Assembly: GCA_963205165.1 (NCBI GenBank) | Contig: CAUJJX010000313.1 | Location: forward strand, 1-57,558 | DNA length: 57,558 nucleotides | Direction of reading: 5' to 3' | Source of the DNA: Pseudomonadota bacterium | Lineage (GTDB): Bacteria; Pseudomonadota; Gammaproteobacteria; Burkholderiales; Ga0077523 | Shown here: positions 36,164-47,192 of the stretch, in pieces | Layout: each line of letters opens with the position of its first letter | How positions within the stretch are numbered: position 1 is the stretch's first letter | Notes under the pieces: model-generated | Told to the model about the DNA's origin: nothing | Database searches by the model: none | What the model saw: only the letters and a program-made list of their open reading frames with translations | Translations under genes and position numbers: made by a program

Positions 36164-37131
36164 GCGGACGCTCCCGCGGCACGAACCGATCCGGCAGCAA
36201 TGTGCTCCACGTAGCGATCGAGGTCGGAAGGCAGCGGCGAGCTCACTTCGAGAGGCTCACCGGACACTGGGTGGGCGCAACGAAACTTCGCTGCGTGCAG
36301 GAACATCCGCTTCAGGCCCTGCCGGGCGAGGAGGCGGTTCAACTCGAAATCGCCATATTTGTCGTCTCCGCAAATGGGAAAACCGGCATGGGCCAGATGC
36401 ACCCGGATCTGGTGCGTCCGGCCCGTCAGCAACCGGGCCTCGAGAAGGCTGTGCCCTGGCAGCGCGCGCAGGCATCGAACCTTCGTCGCGGCCTCCTGCC
36501 CGTCGGGCGAGACGCTGACCCGGCGATCGCCGCCGGCAAGCACATGCTTTGCAAGCCGCGCATCGAGCGTCGTCGGGCCCGCCCGCCAGGTGCCCCGGAC
36601 GAGCGCGAGGTAGCGCTTGTCGGTACGACCGACGCGGATCTGCTCGTGGAGGTTCGTCAGGGCGGACCGCTTCTTCGCGAGCAGCAGCACGCCCGACGTC
36701 TCGCGATCGAGCCGGTGCACGAGTTCGAGGAACTTCGCGTCCGGACGGGCCGCGCGGAGCCGTTCGATGACGCCGTGGGCGATCCCGCTTCCGCCGTGCA
36801 CGGCGACGCCCGACGGTTTGTCGATGATCAGCAGTGCGTCGTCCTCGAAGAGCACCGGCAGCGCCGGCCCCCCCGGCGGGACCGGCGCTGCTCCCGGCCC
36901 GGGCGCGGACGTCCGGATCGGTGGCACGCGCACGCGGTCCCCGAGCACCAGGCGCTGGGTCGGATCGGCACGACGGCTGTTGATCCGGACCTCCCCGCTG
37001 CGGAGGATCCGGTACACGTGACTCTTGGGGACACCCTTCAGGATGCGCTGGAGGAAGTTGTCGACCCGCTGCCCCTCGGACTCGGGTCCGACTTCCACCC
37101 AGTTGACTGAATCTTTACTAAGACTGTTCAC
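36160..37131 (-). CDS. rluC: 23S rRNA pseudouridine synthase (RluC-like, RluA family)
   Basis: 323-aa ORF with an S4 domain N-terminus and the catalytic motif HRLDRETSG. Divergent from rne, as in E. coli. GTG start. Confidence 0.88.
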   Translation of the reverse strand: MNSLSKDSVNWVEVGPESEGQRVDNFLQRILKGVPKSHVYRILRSGEVRINSRRADPTQRLVLGDRVRVPPIRTSAPGPGAAPVPPGGPALPVLFEDDALLIIDKPSGVAVHGGSGIAHGVIERLRAARPDAKFLELVHRLDRETSGVLLLAKKRSALTNLHEQIRVGRTDKRYLALVRGTWRAGPTTLDARLAKHVLAGGDRRVSVSPDGQEAATKVRCLRALPGHSLLEARLLTGRTHQIRVHLAHAGFPICGDDKYGDFELNRLLARQGLKRMFLHAAKFRCAHPVSGEPLEVSSPLPSDLDRYVEHIAAGSVRAAGASA

Positions 37132-37490
37132 TATTCCTATACTCTCCGACGGCGCATGGCGTTCGCGGCGGGCTGTGAATCTCCGTCCCTGACCTGCGCC
37201 GTCCCACGCCTCCCGCCCTCAGGCGGAGGTAGATAACAGGGTTAACGTCGCTCACCCTTCGAAGCAGCGATGACGGCAACAACGCGCTCGATTCCCGGTT
37301 TCAAGCAACCCGCCGCGTCAACACGCGCCGCGACGGTGCCCATGCAGACCCCAGGCCTCTTCGCCGGTCTGTCCTCTCGAAGACTTATCCGATGATGACG
37401 ATCATGTTCGAATGATAAGCGCTCGCGGCCTCCCCCGGCCGTGTCGTGGTCTGCAAATCCCGTGTCGCACGAGCGCGGGAGACTAAGTAC
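37132..37490 (+). promoter_or_regulatory. long rne upstream leader/divergent promoter region
   Basis: 359-nt non-coding spacer before rne with several hairpins (for example CCTCCCGCC-CTCA-GGCGGAGG at about 37209..37229). The E. coli rne gene has a comparably long autoregulatory 5' UTR. Confidence 0.3.
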
Positions 37491-40400
37491 ATGAAAAGAA
37501 TGTTGTTCAATGCGACGCATCCGGAGGAGATCCGCGTCGCAATCGTCGATGGCCAGAAGCTCATCGATCTCGATATCGAAGCGCTCGGCAAGGAGCAGCG
37601 CAAGGGCAATATCTACAAGGGCGTCATCACCCGCGTCGAGCCCAGTCTCGAAGCTGCGTTCGTCGACTACAGCGCCGATCGCCACGGTTTTCTCCCGTTC
37701 AAGGAGATCAGCCGCCAGTACTTCCCCGAAGGCACCGACGTCGGCAAGGCCCGCATCCAGGACGTCCTCCGCGAAGGCCAGGAGGTCATCGTCCAGGTCG
37801 AGAAGGACGAACGCGGCAACAAGGGCGCGGCCCTCACGACCTTCATCAGCCTCGCCGGACGCTACGTCGTCCTGATGCCGAACAACCCGCGCGGCGGTGG
37901 TGTGTCCCGCCGGGTCGAGGGCGAGGAACGCAACGAACTGCGCGACACGATCGCCCAGCTCGAAGTCCCGCAGGGCATGAGCATCATCGCCCGCACCGCC
38001 GGCATCGGCCGCTCGGTCGAAGAGCTCGAATGGGACCTGAAGTACCTGCTCCAGCTCTGGCGCGCCATCGAGGACGCCTCCTCGGCCCAGTACACCGACA
38101 AGGAAGGCAACGTCTTCAACGAGCCGCGCAGTTCGACCGGCGCGCAGCTGAAGCGCTCCAACCCCGCACCGTTCCTGATCTTCGAAGAGTCGAGCCTCGT
38201 CATCCGTGCGATCCGCGACTACTTCCAGCCGGACATCGGCGAGATCCTGATCGACAACGAGGCGATCCACGAGCAGGTGCAGGTGTTCATGAGCCACGTG
38301 ATGCCGGCCAACACGGGCCGGGTCAAGCTCTACACCGACGACATCCCGCTCTTCTCGCGCTTCCAGATCGAACACCAGATCGAGACCGCGTACGCCCGCC
38401 AGGTGCCGCTGCCGTCCGGTGGCGCCATCGTGATCGACCACACCGAAGCCCTCGTGTCCGTCGACGTGAACTCGGCCCGCGCCACCAAGGGCGTGGACAT
38501 CGAAGCGACCGCGCTCAACACGAACCTCGAAGCCTCCGACGAGATCGCGCGCCAGTTGCGCCTGCGTGACCTCGGCGGCCTCGTCGTGATCGACTACATC
38601 GACATGGAGTCGGCCAAGAACCAGCGCGACGTCGAGAACCGACTCCGCGACGCGCTGCGCTACGACCGCGCCCGCGTCCAGATGGGCAAGATTTCGCGCT
38701 TCGGCCTCATGGAACTCTCGCGGCAGCGTCTCCAGACGTCGCTGGGCGAGACGAGCCATATCCCCTGCCCGCGCTGCCACGGCGTCGGCCACATCCGCGG
38801 TATCGAATCCACCGCCCTGCACATCCTGCGCATCGTCCAGGAAGAGGCGATGAAGGAGAACAGCGCGGCCGTGAACGCCCAGGTGCCGGTCGAGGTCGCC
38901 ACGTACCTGCTGAACGAGAAGCGCAGCGAGTTCCAGTCGATGGAAGCCCGCCTGAAGGTGAGCATCCTGCTCATCCCGAACGTGCACCTCGAGACGCCCA
39001 ACTACACCGTGACGCGCCTGCGCCACGACGAGCTGAACCAGACCGGCCCGCTCCCGCCGAGCTACCAGATGATGGATGCGCCCGCCGAGGAAGACGTCAC
39101 GATGCCGGGTGCGGCAGCCGAGCGTCCGCCGAAGGTGGAAGCCATGGTCAAGGGCATCACGCCCGCCCAGCCGGCGCCGCTGCCGACCGAGCCCGTTGCC
39201 GCGCCGGTCGTCGAAGCCCCCGTGTCGCGTCCGCCGTCGATCCTCAAGAAGATCTTCGGTTGGCTCGCCGGCAGCAAGTCGGAAGCGCCGACCGCGCCGG
39301 TTCCGGCTGCGCCGGTCAAGGCCGCGCCGTCGGGCGATGCCCGCCGCGGTGGCCGTCGTCCGGAGCGCACCGGTGAAGAATCGCGCCGCCCGCGCGGTGA
39401 GCGCAAGGACGGTGACCGTCCTGCCGGCGAACGCCAGGGCGGAGAACGCCAGGGTGGAGAAGGCAGTCGGCGTCGTCAGGGCAGCGGCGAAGGTCGCAGC
39501 CAGGAAGGCCGCAATCAGGAGCCCCGTTCGCAGGAAGGTCGCCAGCAGGGCGGTCGTCAGCCCGCGCAGGCGCAAGCCGAGGCAGCACCGCGAGACGGCG
39601 AGGAACGCGCCGGGCAGGAAGGTCGCCCGCGTCGCCAACCGCGCCAGCCGCGCCCGCGTGACGGCCAGCGCGCCGCGCCGGTCGAGGGCGTCGAAGCTCT
39701 GCCGATCGTTGACGTCGCCGTCGACGAAGGCACGCCGGCCGCAGAGCGTCCCGCAGGCGAGCCGCGTGGTGAAGGTGCTGCGCAGGGTGAAGAACGCACG
39801 GGTCGCCGTCGTCGTGGTCGTCGCGGTGATCGCAGCCGTGGTGATGCCGCGGGAAGCGGTGCCGATGAGGCGACGCAGGTGACGTCCGAGTCGGAAGCGT
39901 CCGGTGAACAGCAGCCCGTCGAACGGCAGGAAGCTGCGCCGACCATCGTCGCGGCAGCTGCCGCGACCGAAGTGGTCCGGTCCATGGCCGAGGTGGATTC
40001 GGTCGTCCGCGTGGAACCGGCCGCCGAGGTGCAATCGGTCTTCGAGGCGGCGCCCGCCGGCGAATCGGTGATTTCCGAGCCCGCCGTCGTGTCCGAAACG
40101 GCCGCCGCCGTGCCGGTCGCGATCGAAACCCCTGTAGTCGAAGCGCCTGCCGCCGCACCCGCGATCGTCGAGGCCGCCATCGCCGAAATCCCGGTTGAGG
40201 CGCCTTCCGTCGTGGAAGCCGCTGCTGCTGTCGAAGCAGCCGCGGTCGAGGTCACGGAAGCAGCGCCGGTCGCGGAGTCGATCCCCACAGCAGCGCCGGT
40301 CACCCCGCCCGCTGCCGGTGCGTCGACGGTTGAAGCGGCCGGTTCGCTGATCGCTGCGGCCATGCGCCGCTCCGAGGCGGCCGCCCCGGCGCCCGCCGCC

Positions 40401-40556
40401 CCGCTTGTCCTGCCGGCCGGCATGGAACAGGTCGAGACGCGCGCCGCCGCGGTCGACACCGCCGACGATGCACCGGTTCGCCTCGGACGTCCGCGTCCGG
40501 CGCAGCAGGCCGCCTCGGACGCGGAACCCCTCGTGCAGATCGAAACGAAGAACTGA
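37491..40556 (+). CDS. rne: ribonuclease E
   Basis: In-frame ATG of ORF 37446..40556. N-terminus [22 protein letters not shown] with S1 and catalytic domains. The C-terminal half is Arg-rich and Ala/Pro/Glu-rich low-complexity scaffold. Confidence 0.96.
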   Translation: MKRMLFNATHPEEIRVAIVDGQKLIDLDIEALGKEQRKGNIYKGVITRVEPSLEAAFVDYSADRHGFLPFKEISRQYFPEGTDVGKARIQDVLREGQEVIVQVEKDERGNKGAALTTFISLAGRYVVLMPNNPRGGGVSRRVEGEERNELRDTIAQLEVPQGMSIIARTAGIGRSVEELEWDLKYLLQLWRAIEDASSAQYTDKEGNVFNEPRSSTGAQLKRSNPAPFLIFEESSLVIRAIRDYFQPDIGEILIDNEAIHEQVQVFMSHVMPANTGRVKLYTDDIPLFSRFQIEHQIETAYARQVPLPSGGAIVIDHTEALVSVDVNSARATKGVDIEATALNTNLEASDEIARQLRLRDLGGLVVIDYIDMESAKNQRDVENRLRDALRYDRARVQMGKISRFGLMELSRQRLQTSLGETSHIPCPRCHGVGHIRGIESTALHILRIVQEEAMKENSAAVNAQVPVEVATYLLNEKRSEFQSMEARLKVSILLIPNVHLETPNYTVTRLRHDELNQTGPLPPSYQMMDAPAEEDVTMPGAAAERPPKVEAMVKGITPAQPAPLPTEPVAAPVVEAPVSRPPSILKKIFGWLAGSKSEAPTAPVPAAPVKAAPSGDARRGGRRPERTGEESRRPRGERKDGDRPAGERQGGERQGGEGSRRRQGSGEGRSQEGRNQEPRSQEGRQQGGRQPAQAQAEAAPRDGEERAGQEGRPRRQPRQPRPRDGQRAAPVEGVEALPIVDVAVDEGTPAAERPAGEPRGEGAAQGEERTGRRRRGRRGDRSRGDAAGSGADEATQVTSESEASGEQQPVERQEAAPTIVAAAAATEVVRSMAEVDSVVRVEPAAEVQSVFEAAPAGESVISEPAVVSETAAAVPVAIETPVVEAPAAAPAIVEAAIAEIPVEAPSVVEAAAAVEAAAVEVTEAAPVAESIPTAAPVTPPAAGASTVEAAGSLIAAAMRRSEAAAPAPAAPLVLPAGMEQVETRAAAVDTADDAPVRLGRPRPAQQAASDAEPLVQIETKN

Positions 40557-40601
40557 CCGAGGCAGCAGCGGTGCGGAGTGATCCGCGCCGCTCGAACGAC
40601 G

Positions 40602-40664
40602 AGGCCTGTCGAGGCCACGGCAATCCGGACGGAGCGCCGCAACCTCGACAGGCCTTTTCCGTTT
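40602..40664. terminator. hairpin between convergent rne and the phosphatase gene (possible bidirectional terminator)
   Basis: Perfect 13-bp arms AGGCCTGTCGAGG / CCTCGACAGGCCT (40602..40614 and 40643..40655), followed by TTTCCGTTTT. Confidence 0.5.
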
Positions 40665-41180
40665 TCAGCGCTCCGGGTTTCCCGCAGCCAGGTCTGCCTC
40701 GATTCTCGCGAGCAGCCCGCGCGAGGCTGTCTCCACCAGATCCAGCACCTTCTCGAAACCGTCCGGACCGCCGTAGTACGGATCGGGCACGTCGCGCTCG
40801 TCGGTGTCCGGCGCGAAGTCGAGGAGCCGCCCGAGATAGCCGTCGAAATCCTCCGGCCGCAGCGCTTCGAGCGACTTCAGGTTGTGACGGTCGAGCGCCA
40901 GCACGTAGCGAAACGTGGCGAAGTCCGCTGGCGCGAACTTCCGCGCGCGGATCTTCCGGAGGTCGTAGTCGCGGCGCGATGCCGTCGCGATGGAACGCAG
41001 GTCCGGGGGCTCGCCGATGTGGTTCGCGTGGGTCCCGGCGGAATCGATGTGCAGCCTGCGCTCGATCTTCGCCTCGCGCGCGTGGCGTCGGAACACGGCC
41101 TCCGCGGTGGGCGAACGACAGATGTTGCCCATGCAGACGAACAGCACGCCGAGCTTCGGCTCGCGACGGAAGAAGCGCAC
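40665..41180 (-). CDS. low-molecular-weight protein-tyrosine phosphatase family protein
   Basis: Last 171 codons of track ORF 40665..43289. P-loop VLFVCMGNICRSP (C-X5-R-S) and a DPYY motif. The GTG start lies 2 nt after the uvrB stop. Confidence 0.85.
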   Translation of the reverse strand: MRFFRREPKLGVLFVCMGNICRSPTAEAVFRRHAREAKIERRLHIDSAGTHANHIGEPPDLRSIATASRRDYDLRKIRARKFAPADFATFRYVLALDRHNLKSLEALRPEDFDGYLGRLLDFAPDTDERDVPDPYYGGPDGFEKVLDLVETASRGLLARIEADLAAGNPER

Positions 41181-41182
41181 GG

Positions 41183-43243
<2,061 letters not shown>

Positions 43244-43373
43244 GGCTAAAATCCGGCGCTTCGCGTGCAGCGGGCGGCGAGTCTAGCACCGCGTCCCGGC
43301 GTGCAGATACCGTCGCGCAGACCGGTCGTCGCGCACTGCAGCGCCCTCCTCAACTCAGCCACGGAACGCACTC

Positions 43374-44579
43374 ATGACCTCCGCTCTCTTCGCCGGCGTC
43401 GAACTCGCGCCCCGGGATCCGATCCTCGGTGTCACCGAAGCCTTCAACGCCGACACCAACTCCAGCAAGGTGAACCTCGGGGTCGGCGTCTACTACGACG
43501 ATGCCGGCAAGGTCCCGCTGCTCGAATGCGTGAAGCGCGCCGAAGCCCAGATCGTCGCCGGCGCCTTCCCCCGGTCCTATCTCCCGATCGATGGTCTCGC
43601 GCAGTACGACAAGGCCGTGCAGGCCCTCGTGTTCGGTGCCGATTCCGACATCGTGAAGTCGAAGCGCGCCATCACCGTGCAGGCCCTCGGCGGCACGGGC
43701 GGCCTGAAGCTCGGCGCGGATTTCATCCGTCGCCTCGCGCCGAATGCCGCCGTGTGGATCTCCGATCCGAGCTGGGAAAATCACCGCGCGCTGTTCGAGG
43801 CCGCCGGCTTCAAGGTCAACACGTACCGCTACTACGACCCCGCCACGCACGGCCTCGACTTCGCGGGCATGCGCGCTGCGCTCGAATCGATCCCGGCGGG
43901 CGACGTCGTGGTCCTGCACGCGTGCTGCCACAACCCGACCGGCGCCGACCTGACGGCCGACCAGTGGAACGAGATCATCGCCGTCGTGAAGTCGCGCGAC
44001 CTCGTGCCCTTCCTCGACATCGCTTACCAGGGCTTCGGTGACGGCATCGAGGCCGACGCGCATGCCGTCCGCGCGTTCGCTGCCGCGGGCATGCCGCTGT
44101 TCGTGTCGAACTCGTTCTCGAAGTCGTTCTCGCTGTACGGCGAGCGCGTCGGCGCGCTGAGCATCGTCGCCAAGGACGCCGAGGAAGCCGCGCGTCTGCT
44201 GAGCCAGCTGAAGCGCGTCATCCGCACCAACTATTCGAATCCGCCCTCGCACGGCGGCAAGGTCGTCGCGACCGTGCTCGAGTCACCCGAACTGCGCGCG
44301 TTGTGGGAATCCGAACTGGCCGGCATGCGCGACCGCATCCGCACGATGCGCGCGCGCCTCACCGAAGAACTCCAGGCCCGCGTTCCCGGCCGCGATTTCA
44401 GCTTCGTGATGCGCCAGCGCGGCATGTTCTCGTACTCGGGTCTGACCAAGGCCCAGGTGGATCGCCTGCGCACCGAGTTCTCCGTCTACGCCATCGACAC
44501 GGGCCGCATCTGCGTCGCGGCGCTCAACTCGAAGAACATCGATCACGTGGCGCAATCGATCGCGAAGGTGCTCGCATAA
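43374..44579 (+). CDS. class I aminotransferase (AspC/TyrB aspartate/aromatic family)
   Basis: 401-aa ORF with LGVGVYYDD, the PLP-lysine context SNSFSKSFSLYGERVG and SNPP.HG. Confidence 0.92.
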   Translation: MTSALFAGVELAPRDPILGVTEAFNADTNSSKVNLGVGVYYDDAGKVPLLECVKRAEAQIVAGAFPRSYLPIDGLAQYDKAVQALVFGADSDIVKSKRAITVQALGGTGGLKLGADFIRRLAPNAAVWISDPSWENHRALFEAAGFKVNTYRYYDPATHGLDFAGMRAALESIPAGDVVVLHACCHNPTGADLTADQWNEIIAVVKSRDLVPFLDIAYQGFGDGIEADAHAVRAFAAAGMPLFVSNSFSKSFSLYGERVGALSIVAKDAEEAARLLSQLKRVIRTNYSNPPSHGGKVVATVLESPELRALWESELAGMRDRIRTMRARLTEELQARVPGRDFSFVMRQRGMFSYSGLTKAQVDRLRTEFSVYAIDTGRICVAALNSKNIDHVAQSIAKVLA

Positions 44580-44597
44580 AAAGGTGTGTCGCCAGCG

Positions 44598-44626
44598 TTG
44601 ACCGGTCAGGGGCTCGTGGATAGAAT
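44598..44626 (+). promoter_or_regulatory. sigma-70 promoter for tRNA-Asn
   Basis: TTGACC (44598..44603), a 17-nt spacer, then TAGAAT (44621..44626). This lies 15 nt upstream of the tRNA 5' end. Confidence 0.6.
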
Positions 44627-44641
44627 GCGCGCCTCTTCAGT

Positions 44642-44717
44642 TCCCCGATAGCTCAGTCGGTAGAGCGACGGACTGTTAATCCGCAGGTCCCTGGTTCGAG
44701 CCCAGGTCGGGGAGCCA
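44642..44717 (+). tRNA. tRNA-Asn(GUU)
   Basis: 76-nt cloverleaf. Acceptor TCCCCGA/TCGGGGA, D arm GCTCAGTCGGTAGAGC, anticodon loop CTGTTAA, T arm CTGGTTCGAGCCCAG, and encoded CCA. Confidence 0.95.
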
Positions 44718-44730
44718 ACTGATTCGAGAG

Positions 44731-44765
44731 AAAGCCTCGTGATTCGTCACGGGGCTTTTTTCTTT
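44731..44765 (+). terminator. rho-independent terminator after tRNA-Asn
   Basis: 9-bp stem GCCTCGTGA-TTCG-TCACGGGGC followed by TTTTTTCTTT. Confidence 0.75.
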
Positions 44766-44980
44766 GGCGCGATCGCGGTGCGGCGTCGCGGTTCATGGAC
44801 CGGTGCGACCACAAGACGCCTGCGCATCGCAGCTGCAGAGAACGTACCGCAAAGGCCACACCAAGGTCCGCAGCTCGCATCGCTTCGCAGGAGCGCTCGG
44901 CGTAGCAGATGCCACGCCGCACGCCGCACCCCGGCCAGGGGATCAAACGGTGGAGCACGAACCAAGGAGTACTCCCGTCA

Positions 44981-45484
44981 TCACGGACGCCGGAAGTCGT
45001 TCTCGATCCAGCCGGCAGCAGTCGCCGCCGTGAGCTTGAAGCCGGCGGACACGCGGACCCGAGCCAGCACTTCGCCGAAGGCATCCTCGGCCGAGAGGAT
45101 CGCGTGGGGATCGTCGTCATCGGGAACGATGTCGAGCGTCACCGTGATGCGACCGGACGCCGTGTTCACGACGACCTTCTTGTGCAGTGTCGCGTGCAAC
45201 TGTTGCTCGTGGCGCCGCAGGACCTCCGATGCGGTCTTGACCAGCGTGTTGAACGCGGCGGAATCGAGCGGCTTGGGGTTCTTCTTGTCGCGCCCCATCG
45301 TCCACGGCCCGACGAGCGCGGGCTCGGGCTCGCCGTCCTTGATCATCTCGACGGCCCAGCCCTCGTCGTCGGCGTTCTTGATGACCCGCGCGGTCCAGCC
45401 GTTCTCGCACCACAGGCGGGGTTCGTTGATCGGCGTCGGGGCGTCGTCGTTCTCTGTCGTGTCGATGTTCTTCATGGACCGCAT
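44981..45484 (-). CDS. hypothetical protein (acidic, no recognised domain)
   Basis: 167-aa ORF with host-like GC3-rich codon usage. Lies downstream of, and co-directional with, the dioxygenase-rhodanese gene. The start is uncertain (ATG at 45484 or 45475). Confidence 0.6.
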   Translation of the reverse strand: MRSMKNIDTTENDDAPTPINEPRLWCENGWTARVIKNADDEGWAVEMIKDGEPEPALVGPWTMGRDKKNPKPLDSAAFNTLVKTASEVLRRHEQQLHATLHKKVVVNTASGRITVTLDIVPDDDDPHAILSAEDAFGEVLARVRVSAGFKLTAATAAGWIENDFRRP

Positions 45485-45590
45485 GTTACGTGGCCGGCTC
45501 GCGGCCGGACCGATTGCATCGCGACGGCATCGTCCGGCGTGTGCGGGGCATTGCGCCGTTCGATGCCGGACGATCCACGGTGCGGCATCC

Positions 45591-46679
45591 TCAGTCCCGC
45601 CCGCCCTCGACCGGAAGCGCCTCGGCCCGCCAGCGGAGCATGCCGCCCGCGAGATTCGCGACCTTCGTCAGCCCTGACTTCTGCAGCAGGACCGTCGCCT
45701 GCGCCGATCGCGCGCCGGAACGACAGACGGCCACGACCGGGCGCGCGCGATCGATCTCGCCGGCGTGGCTCGCGAGCTGCGACAGCGGCAGCAGGCGCGC
45801 CCCCGGGATGTGCCCGAGTGCATCGGTGAATTCCTGCGGTTCGCGCACGTCGATGATCTGGATGTCGCCGGATCGACCGCCCGCCACGCGCTCCGCGAGC
45901 GCCGTCGGCTGGATCTCCCAGACACCGCTGAACGTGCACGTGAGCGGCGCCCAGTCGGTTTCGTCGGATCGCGGTGTCGCGGAATCCGGCCGGCCGCAGC
46001 GAAGGTTCGCGGGGACGGCGATGTCCATCAGCTTCGGGTGCGGCAGGCCGAGGTTGTCCATGTAGCCCGCGAAGTCCGTCGCGCTGACGTCGCCGCCGAG
46101 ACGCGGATTGAAACGACGCTCCTCGTCGACGCTCGTCACCGTGAGTCCGCGGTAGTCGTGTCCCGGGTAGAGCAGGCACGCGGCCGGCAGCGACAGGATC
46201 TGGTCGCGCACCGAGCGGTACAGCATCGCCGGGCTGCCCTGCTGGAAGTCGGTCCGGCCGCAGCCCCGGATCAGCAGGCTGTCACCGGTGAAGGCCATGC
46301 TCTGGTCGTCGAGCACGTACGTCAGGCAACCGCTCGTGTGACCCGGCGTCGCACGCACTTCGAGGTACCGCGATCCGAACTGGACGCGATCGCCGTGTCG
46401 GAGCAACCGGTCGGCGTTCTCCGCGGCAGAGGCCTCCGCCAGCAGGATCCGGCTGCCGCAGCGTTGCTTGAGCTGCCACGCGCCGGTGACGTGGTCGGCA
46501 TGCACGTGCGTGTCGAGCGTCGCGACGAGCCGGAGCCCGAGTTCGCGCAACAGCGCGACGTCGCGCCGCTCGTGCTCGAATACCGGATCGATGATGACGG
46601 CCTCGCCGGACGCCGAATCACCCAGCAGGTACGTGTAGGTCGAGGATTGCGGATCGAACAGTTGCCGGAAGACGAGCAT
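45591..46679 (-). CDS. persulfide dioxygenase (ETHE1-like MBL fold) fused to a rhodanese domain
   Basis: 362-aa ORF. The N-terminal half has THVHADHVTG, ATPGHTSGC, GDSLLIRGCGRTDFQQGS and PANLRCG, as in ETHE1. The C-terminal ~110 aa form a rhodanese domain with the active-site loop CRSGARS. Confidence 0.88.
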   Translation of the reverse strand: MLVFRQLFDPQSSTYTYLLGDSASGEAVIIDPVFEHERRDVALLRELGLRLVATLDTHVHADHVTGAWQLKQRCGSRILLAEASAAENADRLLRHGDRVQFGSRYLEVRATPGHTSGCLTYVLDDQSMAFTGDSLLIRGCGRTDFQQGSPAMLYRSVRDQILSLPAACLLYPGHDYRGLTVTSVDEERRFNPRLGGDVSATDFAGYMDNLGLPHPKLMDIAVPANLRCGRPDSATPRSDETDWAPLTCTFSGVWEIQPTALAERVAGGRSGDIQIIDVREPQEFTDALGHIPGARLLPLSQLASHAGEIDRARPVVAVCRSGARSAQATVLLQKSGLTKVANLAGGMLRWRAEALPVEGGRD

Positions 46680-47192
46680 GTCGGAATCTCCTGCCCATGG
46701 CTGGTGTGGATGCGAGTCCCCCGATTATCCGCGCGACGCGGGTCACGTGGTCGTCGCCGGGCGTGTCGTGATGCGCTCGACAGTCGATCGTGGACGATCA
46801 TCGCCGCGTTCGCGCCACGGACCGGTCCCGGCCGCAGGGATCGGCGCGGGCACCGTGATCCTCGCGACACCCTGCGGACCGCCGCGAACGCCGGCGACAC
46901 GCATCCGCCGGTTGTGCGACTCGACATCGCTGGTCATGATCGAGCCGATGTAACCGCGGCAACGACGCCGCATCCGAGATCACGAAAGGACACGCACGAT
47001 GCCATCCGGGACCGACGCTCTCCGAACGCTCGAACCGATCGAGTCCCGGGTCACCGATGACGACACGGTCGCACGTGCCTGCCCGCGAACGACCGTGTCG
47101 CCGGCACCGCCAAGCGAACCGTGTTTCTCCCGACGCCCGGAACACCTCCGCGTGTGCGGCGTCCGGACGATTGCATCCGCAACGGTGGTCTG

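Noticed and set aside
37242-40034. A 930-aa minus-strand ORF antisense to rne. Similar cases are 40571..43249 (+, 892 aa, opposite uvrB) and 53681..55609 (-, 642 aa, opposite glnD).
   Set aside because: All are in codon register with the well-supported sense genes (the same coordinate mod 3). They have low-complexity shadow composition. They are antisense shadow ORFs, not genes.
39300-40556. Repetitive, low-complexity DNA in the 3' third of rne (RQGGE repeats and Ala/Pro/Glu/Val runs) that might be a repeat element.
   Set aside because: It is in frame with rne. It corresponds to the Arg-rich RNA-binding and scaffold region normally found in the RNase E C-terminal half.
44642-45590. tRNA-Asn as an attachment site for a genomic island.
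   Set aside because: No integrase or recombinase gene is present, and I could find no direct repeat of the tRNA 3' end downstream. The flanking genes use host-like codons. The tRNA has its own promoter and terminator.
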